Shown here piece after piece: positions 1 to 12,580 of a DNA stretch of 64,000 nt. A model generated the notes under the pieces. It did not search any database, was not told the DNA's origin, and worked only from the letters and a program-made list of their open reading frames with translations. Made by a program: the position numbers and the translations under genes. The stretch lies in NCBI GenBank assembly GCA_951804945.1, contig OX638150.1, positions 76,446,001 through 76,510,000 of the forward strand, in the 5' to 3' direction. The stretch's first letter is position 1; every line of letters starts with the position of its first letter. This stretch comes from Podarcis cretensis. Its lineage: Eukaryota.

Positions 1-271
1 GGGAGAAGAGAGGTGCAATCTCTTGAAATAAACTGATTTGAGATGTGTTAGATGTGTTTTGGTCACTTGCATTTTTGTTCCTATGAGAAATTTTGGCAGA
101 TGAAATGGTTTTTCAAACAAAACTTTCCCCCTGGACATGAGGAAATTTTCCAGTTTGTGGACTTCCCACATCATCTCTAGCTGGAAGAGCAGTGTGCTGT
201 GAAATAAGCCCTGAAATGTGTCTGAAAATGGAATGGAATTGACTAATGAGCCTGACTTCTTTTATATCTAG

Positions 272-379
272 CTGCGGTGCCTGTGTGTTCCCCAGCCTGC
301 CATCGTAATGCTGTGTGCCGGCCCAATAATACATGCGAATGTAGCCTACATTATGAGGGAGACGGATGGACATGCAAAG
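272..379 (+). CDS. STAB1: STAB1 exon (EGF-like)
   Basis: ctag|...AAAG|gt; AVPVCSPACHRNAVCRPNNTCECSLHYEGDGWTCK. Confidence 0.9.
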
Positions 380-3300
380 GTATTGAATGAATCTAGCATT
401 TAAGAACCATGTTTAATCAGTCAGTAAGACTCTTGTCATGTTGGGGTAGTATCAGAAAAGCTTTCAATAATACAGTGGTATTGCAAATAGCAACAAATTT
501 AGATTGTGAACCATCCTAAGACCATTTATGCTGCATCCTTGGATGCAAGGTTGCATTCTCCAAGTGACTATATCGAGTCTGCATGGGTTTTGGTTTTCCC
601 CCAGTAATGTTGCAAGATACTGTGACCATGGTCTTACAAACAGAGGGCTTATCCATGCTTACCTTTTGCTCTGCTCTTTCGAGGCACAGATCCACACTTA
701 AAAGCTCCATGTCCAAGTGGTTTGTTTTTTTCTTTGCCCCCAAGATTTCCTCCTGAAAACCCTGCTCTTTAGTGCTCGATCGGAACAAATGTCAATTTGG
801 GTTTCCCACGGATTGTCATTTGCTCTGATTGAGCTTTAAAAAGCAGGTTTTGAAAAGGAAGGGTTTGGACCAAAAAAGAAGAAGAAGGGGTGTTCGGACA
901 TGGAGTTATAAAGTGCAGACCGTGCCTGGAAAAGAGAAGAAAGGTTAGTGTGGATAAATTTAGAGACTGGTTTATTTGTCACTCCTTTGAACTGAGGATC
1001 ACCACCATAGAACTCTTACGAATCCTCTCAGATATTCCTTTGGGGAAGGTTTGTAATGAGGTGTGGACTTTGGAAAGCTCAAAGGCCATATCTCATTACA
1101 AACAACCCTCCCCAAAGGAATATTTGGGAGGATTCTTAGCCTCTGAAGAGAATTGTTATTCTAGATTTACAGATGGAAAACTGCTAAGGAGAATTGTTTC
1201 TGAGAGGGTTACTTTAAAGCATGCTTCCCTGAATTGAAATCCATCCCAAACTACTCTAGTTATTGAAACTTAGAGACAGAGCACTGGTCATGATTCTAAA
1301 AAGTTGATAACAATCAAATGTTTGGATTCTCAAGTTATTTTTTATTATTCGTTTTCAAACATTGCAGAGCCCTGACAATGCAGTATACTTGTAGTATACA
1401 TAAAATAAAATGTAATCTACCTGCTGGTACTGGTTTGGTCAATTCAGAAGGTCCTTGGACATTAGGGTCATCTGGAACTGCTCTTCTAAAGTACTTTCTG
1501 AATAGAGATGTTTATAGAATCACTTCTGTCAGATTCCAAGCTGGATGATTGGTTTCCTCTATACCAGAACACATTGTTGTGAAGGTACTTTTTCGAATTT
1601 TCCAAGCTGCTTCCTTTTTTTGCACTCTTTGTATTAGAAACTCATCAAAGGTAAATCTTAAAAATGAGCTGTCTTTCCATCATAATATGGGCAGTTCCAT
1701 AGTAGTGTAGAAGCACAATTGTACAAGTATGTTTTTTAAAACTAAAAAGAATGAATGGTGAGTTGATGTTGCTTTTAATTTCCCCCACCAATTCTGAGTA
1801 CATGTATAAAACTTGTTTCCACATTCCAAAACCTGGCAATCCTGCTAAAATTCAATGTCAGTGGGATGGTGGCATCTCTCAGAACAGTTGTGGAACTGAA
1901 GGACTCTGCTCATCCCTACTTCCCTGTGTTTTTATATTTTGTTGGAAGCCACCTATAGTGATCGGGGCAACCCAATCAGATGGGCAGTGTGCAAGTAATA
2001 AATTAATAGTCTTATTCTTATTAAATGGCAAAAGAAGTACCAGGTGAGTCTTGTTCCCCAATTGGTAGCAGGAGGATTAGAGAGCCAGAAGTGAGGCTTT
2101 ACTGAAAAGTCTCTTTTTCATACAGTGATTGACCGGTGTGCGAAAGACAACGGTGACTGCAGTGACTATGCCAACTGCACACAGATTGGGATTGATGTTT
2201 CCTGCAGCTGTTTCCCAGACTACGAAGGTGATGGCTACATCTGCAGCCCTATTGACAGGTGTGCAGATGGCATGAATGGAGATTGCAGCGAGCATGCCAC
2301 TTGCATCAACACAGGTCCTGTAAGTATGACTCTTGGTATAATACAGAGCATAGAAATCCTAGGAAAATTTTGGGATGAAAATGGACAGTGGCTATAGAAA
2401 CTCTGAGGTTCTTCACATTACCACTTGTATTCTTGTTGTCCGCTTGCAAACCTAAGCTTCAGTAAAGGAATGTGGAATTTTCTGTGCTATACAGTTGTAG
2501 CTAGGAGATGGGGAAGGAGATCTCATATTTAGTTTGCTTGTCAGAGTGCTGCATATAGGAAATAACCCCCCCCCGCCACACCCTTGCATTGCACTTTTAG
2601 CAAAATCAAGGCAAAGCACTGCCTAGTTGGATGACTTGAAACCACATTTGTGAGAGCAGGGAAACTCACACATTTCTTCAGCCTCCTGAAAAAAAATCAT
2701 GAGCAGGTCACCATCATTTTCAGCTCATGAGAATGCATGCAAAATACAAAGCACAGTGATGCAGGCGAAAGATTTCTGTTTGGATTTGGAAATGCAATTC
2801 AGTGAAAAGTGTCACCTAAGAATTAACCCCTCTTTGACCCTTCCAACATGTAAAGTTATCAGGAGACTTAGCACGACATTTCCCCTTTGGCTTGGTGTTC
2901 AGTTGTCTTTCCCCCCAATGGTCCTTGCCTTCTGCATCGTCCTGTGTTTGGCTATAAGATTGCAATGATAATGTGGGTTCCTTTGCCATGCAGAATTCCC
3001 GGCGGTGTGAGTGCCATGCCGGTTACGTTGGAAATGGAATCCAGTGCTTGGAGGAAGCTATCCCACCCATAGACCGTTGCTTGGAAAATAATGGGCAGTG
3101 CCACTCTGAGGCTCTCTGTAGTGACCTGCATTTCGAAGGTACAGGTCCCTGTTACCATTCTATAATTTTCATGGAACAATCCTTGTTTTATAAGATGTAT
3201 GCTTTGTACCTGTAAGATTTTAAATAGTTTTTAGTGTTGTATTATACACAGTTGTAACCTGCCCCCCAGGACCTTAGAGGGAAGGGTGGGAAATAAACCC

Positions 3301-6300
3301 TCCTCCGCCTCATTCTCTTCCTTGTAATGTGTGTGTGCAGCAGAGGGGGAACCCCAGACCCCATCTTGGCAAAGCTAGAAATATACCCATTCAGGTCCAT
3401 CTTCCTCTTTCCCATGAACACTCATCCAGTTTGATGAGCTTTCCTCTACTGCCCCTCTTGAAATTTATTGGTGGCCTCTTTTGCCTGCAGACATCTACTA
3501 CCTCTTTCCTTGACTATTTTGATACATTATCTATTAGATCAGAGGATATCATCCCCCAGGGGCACACTTGTTTCCTTGGCACTACCATGGAAAGCCTACC
3601 CAAAAGCTATCACTCAGCTTTCTTTTCCATGATCTCCCCTGTCTCTGAGACAACGCTTTCCTTGAAAATGAAAAAGGCCTCGCAATCAGAAAATACAATT
3701 GCAGCTCAATCTTCAGCAGGTCACCTTTTGCGTTTGGGTTGCAGGCTGTGAGTCTGGAGAAGAAAATGGGGGATGGGAAGCGTTAGCCCTGATTTGCACA
3801 CCATTTCCCTCAGAGATGGGCCCACAGTCATTTGTGCTGGGCACACCAAAGGGCACTTTTCCAGATCTGACCCACAGCAATGTCTAAAGGGGCACAATAT
3901 TGTATGCTTGTTTTCCAGAAAAAACAGTCGGCGTCTTCCACCTGCAGTCTCCCCAGGGAAAGTACAGATTTACTTATCAAGAGGCTGAAGCGGCTTGTGC
4001 TGCTGAGGGAGCGACGGTGGCTACTCTTAAGCAGCTGTCTGCGGCACAACAGGTAACAGTGCAGCCATTGCTTCGCTCATTTCCCTTCACAGTTGGTCTG
4101 AGGAGTTCAGTTCTTCTCACACCAAGTTGCTAAGAACGTGTTTGTGCACACATGTGCCTCAAGAAGCCCTCGACATTCCTATTGGGTGTTGTTTCCCAGC
4201 AGTTGCCTAACACACTCAAACTATTTCATAAGGTGGGCCTACTATAGGTGTTGACCTGCTCTTTCTGTGATGAAATAGGCCGTGAATGAACAAGCATGGA
4301 AGGTAAATGCTCCTAGGTGGGTTCCTCCCCTTCCCCACACACTCCCGCACTCCACTCAATAGCAACATTTGGTAAATGAGCATCTTGCCTATAACATGTG
4401 AATGAAATGAAATACTGCCCCCTCCAGCCCAGGCATGGCAGTCTGAGTGAGACAAGTACATGGTGTATAAGAGCAAGTTGGTTCTCAGGGAGAGAACCTT
4501 TTCAAGGTCATGGTCTGACTGAAATACAGGACGTTAAGAGAAGCCTGTGTTTCTTTTCTTTCTCCAGATGGGTTTCCACCGGTGCATAGTAGGTTGGCTT
4601 TATAATAGGTCTGCAGGCTACCCAACTGTGTACCCGAGTTTGAAGTGTGGCGGTCACCATGTTGGAATTGTGGACTACGGCTTTCGAAGTAACGCCAGTG
4701 AGAAATGGGATGCTTACTGCTACAGAGCTCAAGGTGAGAAAGTACGGCTTGATCAGTATGAGTTCAAACTAGGGATACCTCAAGTTTGGCTAGATGGGGA
4801 TATTGAAGCTAGCGAGTGCCCCAAGCTGAATTGGAGATGGAATAGAGAAGTGAAGCTAAGTGGGATGGAAGCTCTGTTGCCTGAAACTGATTTGCATGCC
4901 AAATCATGGCATACGAAAGTTTACACCATCTCTTCCTCCTTTCCCCCCTCTTTCAGATGTGCAGTGTGTCTGTAGGGATGGGTTTGTGGGAGATGGCTAC
5001 ACATGCACAGGGAGTCTTGTGGCAGTGCTGGCCCAGAAGGCAAATTTTTCACTCTACTATTCTGTAAGTACATTAATGCTTCTTTTGGCTAGTATGGAGC
5101 AGGGAGGCCTCGGGAGGTGACTTTCTCTATGTATTCTTGCTGCTATGTGTATCTGAGAGCAGGGGCTCCCAGCTTAGGGAGCCATGGACTTGTCCCAAGA
5201 GGTTCATGAAGAAGGTATTCTACCCTTCTGCTCGCTCGATGTTTAAAGGAGAAGGGGGGGTGGCTGCTGCTTCCAAGAACAGAGCTATTCTTTTAGGCTG
5301 ACCACCACGTTCCTTTCTCTGTTTCAGATGGTACTGGATTATGCCAATGCCACCCAAGAAGGATGGGAATTTTTTAATTTCCTCTCCACAGACATGACTT
5401 ACAAAACTCTTTTTGTACCCCTGAACTCCGGCTTTCGAAAAAATGCAGTAAGAAATGCAAAACAGGACTTTGCGATATTATTATTTTGTACTTGCACTGC
5501 AGCCTTAAAGTGGTTTAGTTTTGGTTGAATGAATGCATGAATAATTGTATGGCTTATTTAACCAATGGTCATCACTGTCTACAATAACTGGTCAAATATA
5601 AGATCACTGAAGTAAACCGTTGTATCAAAATACATTCAAATCAGATTCCCATAAAGCAAATGACCTCCAAAAGAAAAGACTAGATTAAATGTTTATTCCT
5701 TTTTCCCATGGAGTCCTGAGAATTTCTGCGGTCTCAGGGAATAGAAGTTTGTAGCACCTTGGCCAAATTATTTCCAGTAGCACCTTAAAGACCAACTAAG
5801 TTAGTTCTTGGTATGAGCTTTCGTGTGCATGCACACGAAAGCTCATACCAAGAACTAACTTAGTTGGTCTTTAAGGTGCTACTGGAAGGAATTTTTTTTT
5901 GTTTTGGCCAAATTATGTTAGAATTATTTTGGGAAAGCCATGGCAGCTAAACCATAAATCTAATTTGTTGCATTGATAATGGCCTCAAAGTAGTTCTGAA
6001 ACAAGGTTTCTATTTTAGAGGAGGAGACCTGCATTCCATACCCAAGTAAAGCCAGTGACATCAACTAGCCACAGACTCCCTGTTCTTGTGTCATTTAAAT
6101 GTAAATGAAAGCTTTGCAGCAGAATAGCTTTGAAGAATGTCCTCTGAGCTGAGCTCCAAATTTATTTACTGAGGTTTAAAAATAAACTCTTTGATCTGAT
6201 GGCAGAAGGTATTTTCAAGGAGGTGTTGAAAAAAGAATGAGTTTCTTTTCATGTTTTAAGTTTCAGAATGTGAAACATCCTCACAGCAGAGGAGACTGGC

Positions 6301-9300
6301 AACCCAGTCCGTGAAGTGTGGTAGGACAAAGAGACCCTAACTGGGGTCCAAACAATGAAGATAACATAGCTAGTTTTATATCACTAAACTGACCTCACTT
6401 GAACAGAAAGTAACATAGTCAACTTGTGAAGGAATGCAGAATTTGCTGTAACTACATGGCCAAGCACCAGGAGTTATATAACAGATGGCTCTTTGCTCAG
6501 TGAAGGGTTCCATGAATAGAAGGACACCATTTTAAAAAATCCTTCTCAATCCTAGGGAACAAACTGGAGGGGGGGCAGGCTCAGGGGCAGCGAAAGGGGG
6601 AATTAGTGAAAATTGCTTTCCCCCTCCATTCTGCTCACAGAGGCTTCCAAATGATAGACAAACCTTCTACGAGAGGAGAGATACAATTCAATATCTCTGT
6701 TCAATCCTTTCCAATGGCTCTGCCCCAGCTGTGCTTCTGTTGTGTGTATATATTTTGTTGTCATGCAGAGAGGTTGAACTGAAGGTTGCAATGAAGTTGA
6801 CTATGGTTTTGTCTCTCCTCTTTTTCTCACCAACATCATAACTTTGAATGGAACTGAAACTCTTCTTTGTCTTACCAGTCTCTAACACTGAATGATCTAA
6901 AGCTTCATTCATCTGCGAGAGACGTGGCTCTGATGAGCTTCAATCTCACGTCTGGTGCCATTATACCTTCGCAAGCCGGATTCAACCTTTCCATTGCAGA
7001 TTCCACGAATAACACCCGCTTTCCTGTAAGTATCTCACATGGATAACAACAGAATCAGCTTTACCTTTATGGATTTGACTGTGTAAAATGCTTTGCACCA
7101 CATGCAGCAAATTTTATTTGCAATCCTTAAAGTCTTTAAATTGTAATTCAGTGGTTTAGTAATTTGATTTTCTTCACTTTTATTGCACCAGGGTTGTAAG
7201 ATGATTAATAACTCAGTGATAGTTGAATGGGATATTCTGGCCTCCAATGGGATCATTCATGCTATTGAAGCACCTCTGATGGCACCTCAACTCGGGCAAC
7301 TTGACCAGGTTGGTTATTAGTTGGTTTGTATTAATCTTTCAGAACTATCCTGCTGCAGAATAATCCAGTTTGCATCCCATTCATCTCTGCTTTACTACAT
7401 AAGTAGGATTTAAATTTAATCTTTTAAGAAGTGATGTGCTTTGCAAATAATGATCAGCAGATTTGACTCTGTGTGTTCCCAAATCTATATATGGAGGCCA
7501 TGTTGTTTAATTAACATGGATCTGATTGTAATTCCTTTTTTCCATAACATTTCAGCTTTTTAAGATTGTGCAGTTACTCATTTTACAGACGAAGATCCTG
7601 AACAACAAAATAAACCATATCCAATTTCACAAAACCTTTAAACGAAAATTCACCCCAAAACTAAGCCATAAAAATTACCTAGTTTCTTATGTTCAAGGCC
7701 AAAATGATACTATAAATGATACTATAACTATCCGATTAGCTACCCAGCAGTAACAGGATAACCAAAATTATGATCAAGATGCAACATTATATTGATTGAA
7801 GAGAAGGAAAGCTGCAGGGCTACTTGGGGGTTGGTCAGAAGTAAAGGTAAAGTAAAGTGACCCCTGACCATTAGGTCCAGTCGTGACAGACTCTGGGGTT
7901 GCAGCGCTCATCTCGCTTTATTGGCCGAGGGAGCCGGCGTACAGCTTCCGGGTCATGTGGCTAGCATGACTAAGCCGCTTCTGGCGAACCAGAGCAGCGC
8001 ATGGAAACACCTTTTACCTTCCCGCCGGAGCGGTACCTATTTATCTACTTGCACTTTGATGTGCTTTCGAACCGCTAGGTTGGCAGGAGCAGGGACCGAG
8101 CAACGGGAGCTCACCCCGTTGCGGGGATTTGAACCGCCGACCTTCTGATCGGCAAGTCCTAGGCTCTGTGGTTTAACTCACAGCGTCACCTCTTCTTTAT
8201 TGGTTGCTGCTTCCTGTCCAACTTCTCCGGCAGTTTTCTACAGCTTCACAGCAGGAAGCATGCCAACTCACCTCTTGCTCTGGTGGCTGTTATCATAATG
8301 ATAAGAGTTTTCGGATTTGCTGTAGAACAGCGTGGCACTTAAAAAAACAATAGCTGCCTTTAACTAAGGCAGGACTCTAATCCAACATTTTGAAATACGA
8401 ACAAAATTGCTTTTCACAGGTTGTTGGTGCTGTGAAATCACCTGCTGCTGTGACCATCAGTGTATCCATTGTAGTCTCCCTAGTACTGTGTGCAATGGTG
8501 GCTGGTGTGTCCTACATCTACCTCAAAAGGAAGAACCAAGGATTCCAGTTTCGCTATTTCAAGGTATCTTCGTCATGCATTTTGTTTATTTAAACCATTA
8601 ATATACCACCTATCATAGTCTCTAAACGGTTTACAAGTCCTGCAAAGTGTCAGCTCTTCATTCATTACTCCCACAGACTTTCCACCTTCAATTATATGGA
8701 TTAAGTGGGGAAATATCTTCTAATTTGTTGCATTCTCATTTCTGCTCACAGGCACCTGTAACATTGCATCCATGCCAAGTATTGGGAGGAATTCAACATA
8801 GCACTTAAAGTCCCTTAAGGGTGTACTAATTGTGCTAGTGGAATGGCTTGCACAGGAAGCCAGTACAGTTGGATGCGCAACAGATTTTATCTAGCCCTGA
8901 TACTTCCTGTTGCTCAACCAGTTGCGCAACCAGCTTTTGTTTTTTTTATTTTTACGAGATTTATATCCCGCCCTTCATCCTAAGATCTCAGGGCAGTTCA
9001 CAGAATAAAATACAGGATAAAAACAAGTAAAGATTTTTTTTTTTAGCAACTACTCTTTTTTTTTCAGGAAAATAATTAGTTTGATTAAAAGTTTCATAAT
9101 TCCTCACATCCTACTCACATTGTAGCTTCAGTTATGCATAGGCAGGACAACTCTAGCTATCGGGTCATTTGGCCGGCCATGCTGCAGGTGTATATGGGAT
9201 GAGGGAATCCCTTTGAACACTAATGAAAGAGCACTATATCAATACTAATTATTAAAGTTATAGACCAAATTGATGCCAGTGGTTTGTGCCTTTTGTAATT

Positions 9301-10486
9301 AATTAATCAGCTTTGCAGTTAGAAGGGCAGAGACATGCTTAGCCTATTTCTACTTTGCCTGTAGGCTGAGCTGGAAGATGACGAGCCTTCTCCCTGGGAG
9401 GAAAGAAGCCCACACTTGGTGTCCATTCCAAATCCCATTTATGGAGCAGACATCTCAATCTATGAGCCATTTGAGGTAAGACAACTGGTCTTTATATTTT
9501 GTTGATATATTTATACAAAGTGTAGTGAAGTTTTTCTAATTTCAACCTTTTCTACATTTACTGTCCATATATAATCAAAATTAATTAAGAAAGCATTTCT
9601 CATTAGTCTCTTAATTGAATCATTTAGAAGCCGCCTTGATTTTCAGGCAATCTGAAGAGGCATTGCTCCCCCAGTCTAGTGGCTGTAACTGAGTATCACA
9701 ATAAATCAGCATTTATAATGACAGGAAAATTCTACCCTCCTTCTGGACTTGGCCACTCCCTTGCAGCACAGCTGCAACTTTGGAAGCTTTCCATTCCCTT
9801 TTCAATAAACTGCAGTTAAACTTTTTGCAAGAGCCCCCCCAAAACTGTGGCAAACCTTAACAACGCTCTATTTGAAGGAAACCAACAACTATGGTTTGTA
9901 GAACTAAGCCAGCTTCTTCAAGATTAGCTACAGTTTAGGGTTCAGACTAATGTTAAAATATGATTAATTCAAACCGGAAACAAATACTTCTGCTCTCCTT
10001 GCAGTCTCAGCAGAAAAGAGAGGGGAGCATGCAAGTTTGTGGGAAAGCTAGGTTGATTCCTGTGATCACAAACCATAGCCTATCATGGCATCTGAATACA
10101 AGCAAAGTTTTGCTTTCCATTCATCTTTCAGAAGGCGATCACCAAACTGGGATTGGCAGTACTGGTACTTAGTATATTGGCATAGTGCCGTTGATTAATC
10201 TTCAATAAAAGATCTAAAATGGTGAATTTAAGGCTGCCCAAAATGATTGCTTCCTTTGCTCTTGCAATGCGCACCAAGAAACAGATGGTCCACATGGCAT
10301 ATTTGTAGTGGAGAATTGATATTGTAGTGACCGGTTTGCTTGTACTACAGTAAGTTTGCAAAAGTCAAGCTTGTTCTCTACAGAACTCTTGTCAGATTAA
10401 CTGGCCTAATATGTATTTGAATGTTTCAGGATTCTCTCACCGGAGAAGATTTTTCAGATGCCTTTGGAATTCAAGGTGACCAGTAA
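272..10486 (+). CDS. STAB1: Stabilin-1, 3' part (last 12 coding exons: EGF-like repeats, Link domain, final fasciclin domain, TM helix, cytoplasmic tail)
   Basis: join(272-379,2126-2319,2994-3138,3919-4052,4568-4733,4957-5063,5328-5447,6879-7025,7192-7308,8420-8563,9365-9475,10430-10486), all GT-AG with compatible phases. Link module (GVFHLQSPQGKY...WDAYC), FAS1 motif DILASNGIIHAI, TM segment and tail ...SPW...NPIY...EPFEDSL. Synteny with NT5DC2/SMIM4/PBRM1 favours STAB1 over STAB2. Confidence 0.95.
2126..2319 (+). CDS. STAB1: STAB1 exon (EGF-like)
   Basis: tacag|...CCT|gtaagt; IDRCAKDNGDCS...CSEHATCINTGP. Confidence 0.93.
2994..3138 (+). CDS. STAB1: STAB1 exon (EGF-like)
   Basis: NSRRCECHAGYVGNGIQC...CSDLHFE, AG/GT bounded. 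Confidence 0.93.
3919..4052 (+). CDS. STAB1: STAB1 exon (Link domain, N-half)
   Basis: KTVGVFHLQSPQGKYRFTYQEAEAACAAEGATVATLKQLSAAQQ. Confidence 0.94.
4568..4733 (+). CDS. STAB1: STAB1 exon (Link domain, C-half)
   Basis: MGFHRCIVGWL...CGGHHVGIVDYGFRSNASEKWDAYCYRAQ. Confidence 0.94.
4957..5063 (+). CDS. STAB1: STAB1 exon
   Basis: VQCVCRDGFVGDGYTCTGSLVAVLAQKANFSLYYS. Confidence 0.92.
5328..5447 (+). CDS. STAB1: STAB1 exon (FAS1)
   Basis: MVLDYANATQEG...KTLFVPLNSGFRKNA (FAS1 H1 TLFVP.N motif). Confidence 0.92.
5772..5903. mobile_element. Penelope-like element remnant forming a perfect 116-bp palindrome
   Basis: 5772-5887 is its own reverse complement (centre gtgtgca|tgcacac); 13-bp direct repeat ttggccaaattat at 5759-5771 and 5904-5916; same arms as the copy at 42861-43075. 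Confidence 0.75.
6879..7025 (+). CDS. STAB1: STAB1 exon (FAS1)
   Basis: ccag|SLTLNDLKLHSSARDVALMSFNLTSGAIIPSQAGFNLSIADSTNNTRFP|gtaagt. Confidence 0.88.
7192..7308 (+). CDS. STAB1: STAB1 exon (FAS1 H2)
   Basis: GCKMINNSVIVEWDILASNGIIHAIEAPLMAPQLGQLDQ. Confidence 0.9.
7843..8190 (-). mobile_element. Sauria (Squam1) SINE, distinct subfamily
   Basis: (ACCTTT)n-type tail, conserved central core and tRNA-like B-box head on the minus strand. Confidence 0.88.
8420..8563 (+). CDS. STAB1: STAB1 exon (transmembrane helix)
   Basis: hydrophobic AVTISVSIVVSLVLCAMVAGVSYIYL followed by basic KRK. Confidence 0.92.
9365..9475 (+). CDS. STAB1: STAB1 exon (cytoplasmic tail)
   Basis: AELEDDEPSPWEERSPHLVSIPNPIYGADISIYEPFE. 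Confidence 0.92.
10430..10486 (+). CDS. STAB1: STAB1 terminal coding exon
   Basis: tttcag|DSLTGEDFSDAFGIQGDQ*; resembles the recalled human DSLLEEDFPD... terminus. Confidence 0.85.
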   Translation, partial: DSLTGEDFSDAFGIQGDQ

Positions 10487-10927
10487 GCTGGAAACAACAC
10501 TTTTCCAGAAGCTATGTAATTCAGAATGAGCAGAATATGGTTGCTATGGACTGCTAAGAAGCCTTGCCTGCCCTTTCAATGGTGACAAATTAACAAGCGG
10601 CTTGAATTGTAAATGTTTAACATACCTCAGTTCCATTCCTCTTCTCAAATACATGTGCAGGAAACGGGGGCCCATAGAGCTCATTGCCCTTGCATGCACA
10701 CAGGGACTTTGGCAATTTTCTGTTTGAATGTAGCCCCCTTGTGCTGTTTTGGGTGTCAGGAATGAGTCTTTGGATGTCATAAGGAGTGGCAGTAGGAAGG
10801 TGAGGATGGAAAGTCATGTTGTGTTCTTTGGATTCTGCTCCTAAAACTTCAGGCTGAAACTTAGAGAATATGATGACTCTTGAATGTGTTTGGATCGGTG
10901 GATGCTGTGGAGAATCTTCAGTGGGCC

Positions 10928-10933
10928 AATAAA
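10928..10933 (+). terminator. Candidate STAB1 polyadenylation signal AATAAA
   Basis: First AATAAA seen downstream of the STAB1 stop (about 440 nt). Confidence 0.5.
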
Positions 10934-11319
10934 ATCTGAGTTCAGTTAGATAACTTTACTCTGAAACTGCACTATGGAGCCTTCTGCCGATCCCTTTTTA
11001 AAAATGTTACTTAAAAGGCAGTTTGAAATAATACTGCCTGAAAACTGTAGGCCCATCTTTGTTTATAATCCTACTGAATTTATGTACTGTTCCGAGAATG
11101 ACAGATGTTTGTAAATGAATGGGAACAAGCAAATGTTGTCAACCTTCATTAAGTGTTTGGTTATTTTGAACCTGAAGGTAGTTATTCAACACTTAGTAAG
11201 GATACATAATGGTGAAAAGGTATGTTCTGCTTTAGGATTGAGAGCCATTATTTAGTAATCCCCACACTGCCTAAGAGAAGACAATGTCAAGAGAAAGTCA
11301 TTATCCCATGATGCAATAC

Positions 11320-11325
11320 TTTATT
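11320..11325 (-). terminator. Candidate distal NT5DC2 polyadenylation signal (AATAAA on minus strand)
   Basis: TTTATT on + strand ending an AT-rich 3'UTR-like stretch about 3.5 kb from the stop; other TTTATT near 13065. Confidence 0.4.
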
Positions 11326-12012
11326 TTTGTAAAAATAGTATATAACCAACAAAAGAAACATTCTACACTTGCAAGGTCACTTAGAACAAACCACAAATTC
11401 TGTGTAGTGTGGGAAAGAAGAATGAATGTTTGTGCAGATTGTTATGAAGTAGGCATGCAGGTGACAATAGGATGCTTGGTGAGCAGACCTGTGAGCCAAA
11501 ACTATTTTACCTAGCTCGGACAAAATTTGACCAAATCATTATTTCAGTTCTTCAAGTTCTGAGCCATTTGACATTATACATAGTAGCCTACTTGTAATAG
11601 AATGAGGATAATGCTAACTTGAGCACCTTATGACACAGAACCTTAGAATTTTCTTGTAGCATTTTTGAAACCCAACCTAAGAATAATTTAGATAGAACAA
11701 TGTCTGACAAGTAATCCAGTATCACTTTTTCTGCGGAATACAGTAAATACAATGGAAACAGTATAGCAAGTTAATTGGTTTCTCTGCCATTTCAATCTTA
11801 CAGCTTTTTATTCAAATGCTCATTTCCTTCACCTAAACATCGAGCCAAACTGATATTATATCACTTAGGAAAACTAGCTGTTTAATATATTTCATGTTCA
11901 AAAGCTAGGTCACAGATGGCTTTATGATGCAGGAATGGTTATGGTTATGTTAGTTATTCATGTTATCTCTTCTGTGCAGTATAAAGTTAATTGGCACATT
12001 TAAAGCAGGCAA

Positions 12013-12069
12013 CATTAATAAGGAAATGAGGTGACATCAAGTCATTAATAAGGAAATGAGGTGACATCA
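12013..12069. repeat. Tandem duplication of a 27-bp unit (period 30)
   Basis: cattaataaggaaatgaggtgacatca at 12013-12039 and 12043-12069. Confidence 0.9.
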
Positions 12070-12354
12070 CTTTGAATGGGAATGCCCAGCCTTTCCAGAA
12101 ATTCTATGTTGGGCAGGGCTTATTCCCCCCCCCCCCCAAATTTCATTCTGGTTGACACCCCTGTAGGCATTCCACAGTGTTATGTGTTTGCCTACACAGT
12201 GCTTATCTGTTTTTAAAAGTCATCATGTTTGAAGACAGACTTGACATAGTTGAGAACATGTCAAAAGAGAAGAAATAACAATAAATAAATAACAGCCCTA
12301 CATAATATATGAGCTTGCAGGACACATGCATATAACTATAGTTGTCATTAAATA

Positions 12355-12580
12355 CAGTGGTACCTCGGGTTAAGTACTTAATTCCTTCCAGAGGTCTGTT
12401 CTTAACCTGAAACTGTTCTTAACCTGAAGCACCACTTTAGCTAATGGGGCCTCCTGCTGCCATTGTGCTGCCGCTGGGCGATTTCTGTTCTCATCCTGAA
12501 GCAAAGTTCTTAACCCGAAGTACTATTTCTGGGTTAGCGGAGTCTGTAACCTGAAGCGTATGTAACCCGAGGTACCACTG
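12355..12580. mobile_element. Tc1/mariner (pogo/Tigger-like) MITE
   Basis: TIR cagtggtacctcgggtta...taacccgaggtaccactg; TA on both sides. Confidence 0.85.

Noticed and set aside
890-1237. 115-aa intronic ORF
   Set aside because: No recognisable domain or splice context.
7921-8148. ORFs over Sauria SINEs (also 40537, 41545-42091, 45774-46641)
   Set aside because: The same peptides recur in each SINE copy; they are repeat-derived.
272-10486. Assignment as STAB2 (NPxY tail)
   Set aside because: Neighbours NT5DC2/SMIM4/PBRM1 and the SPW...EPF.DSL tail fit STAB1; STAB2 neighbours NT5DC3.
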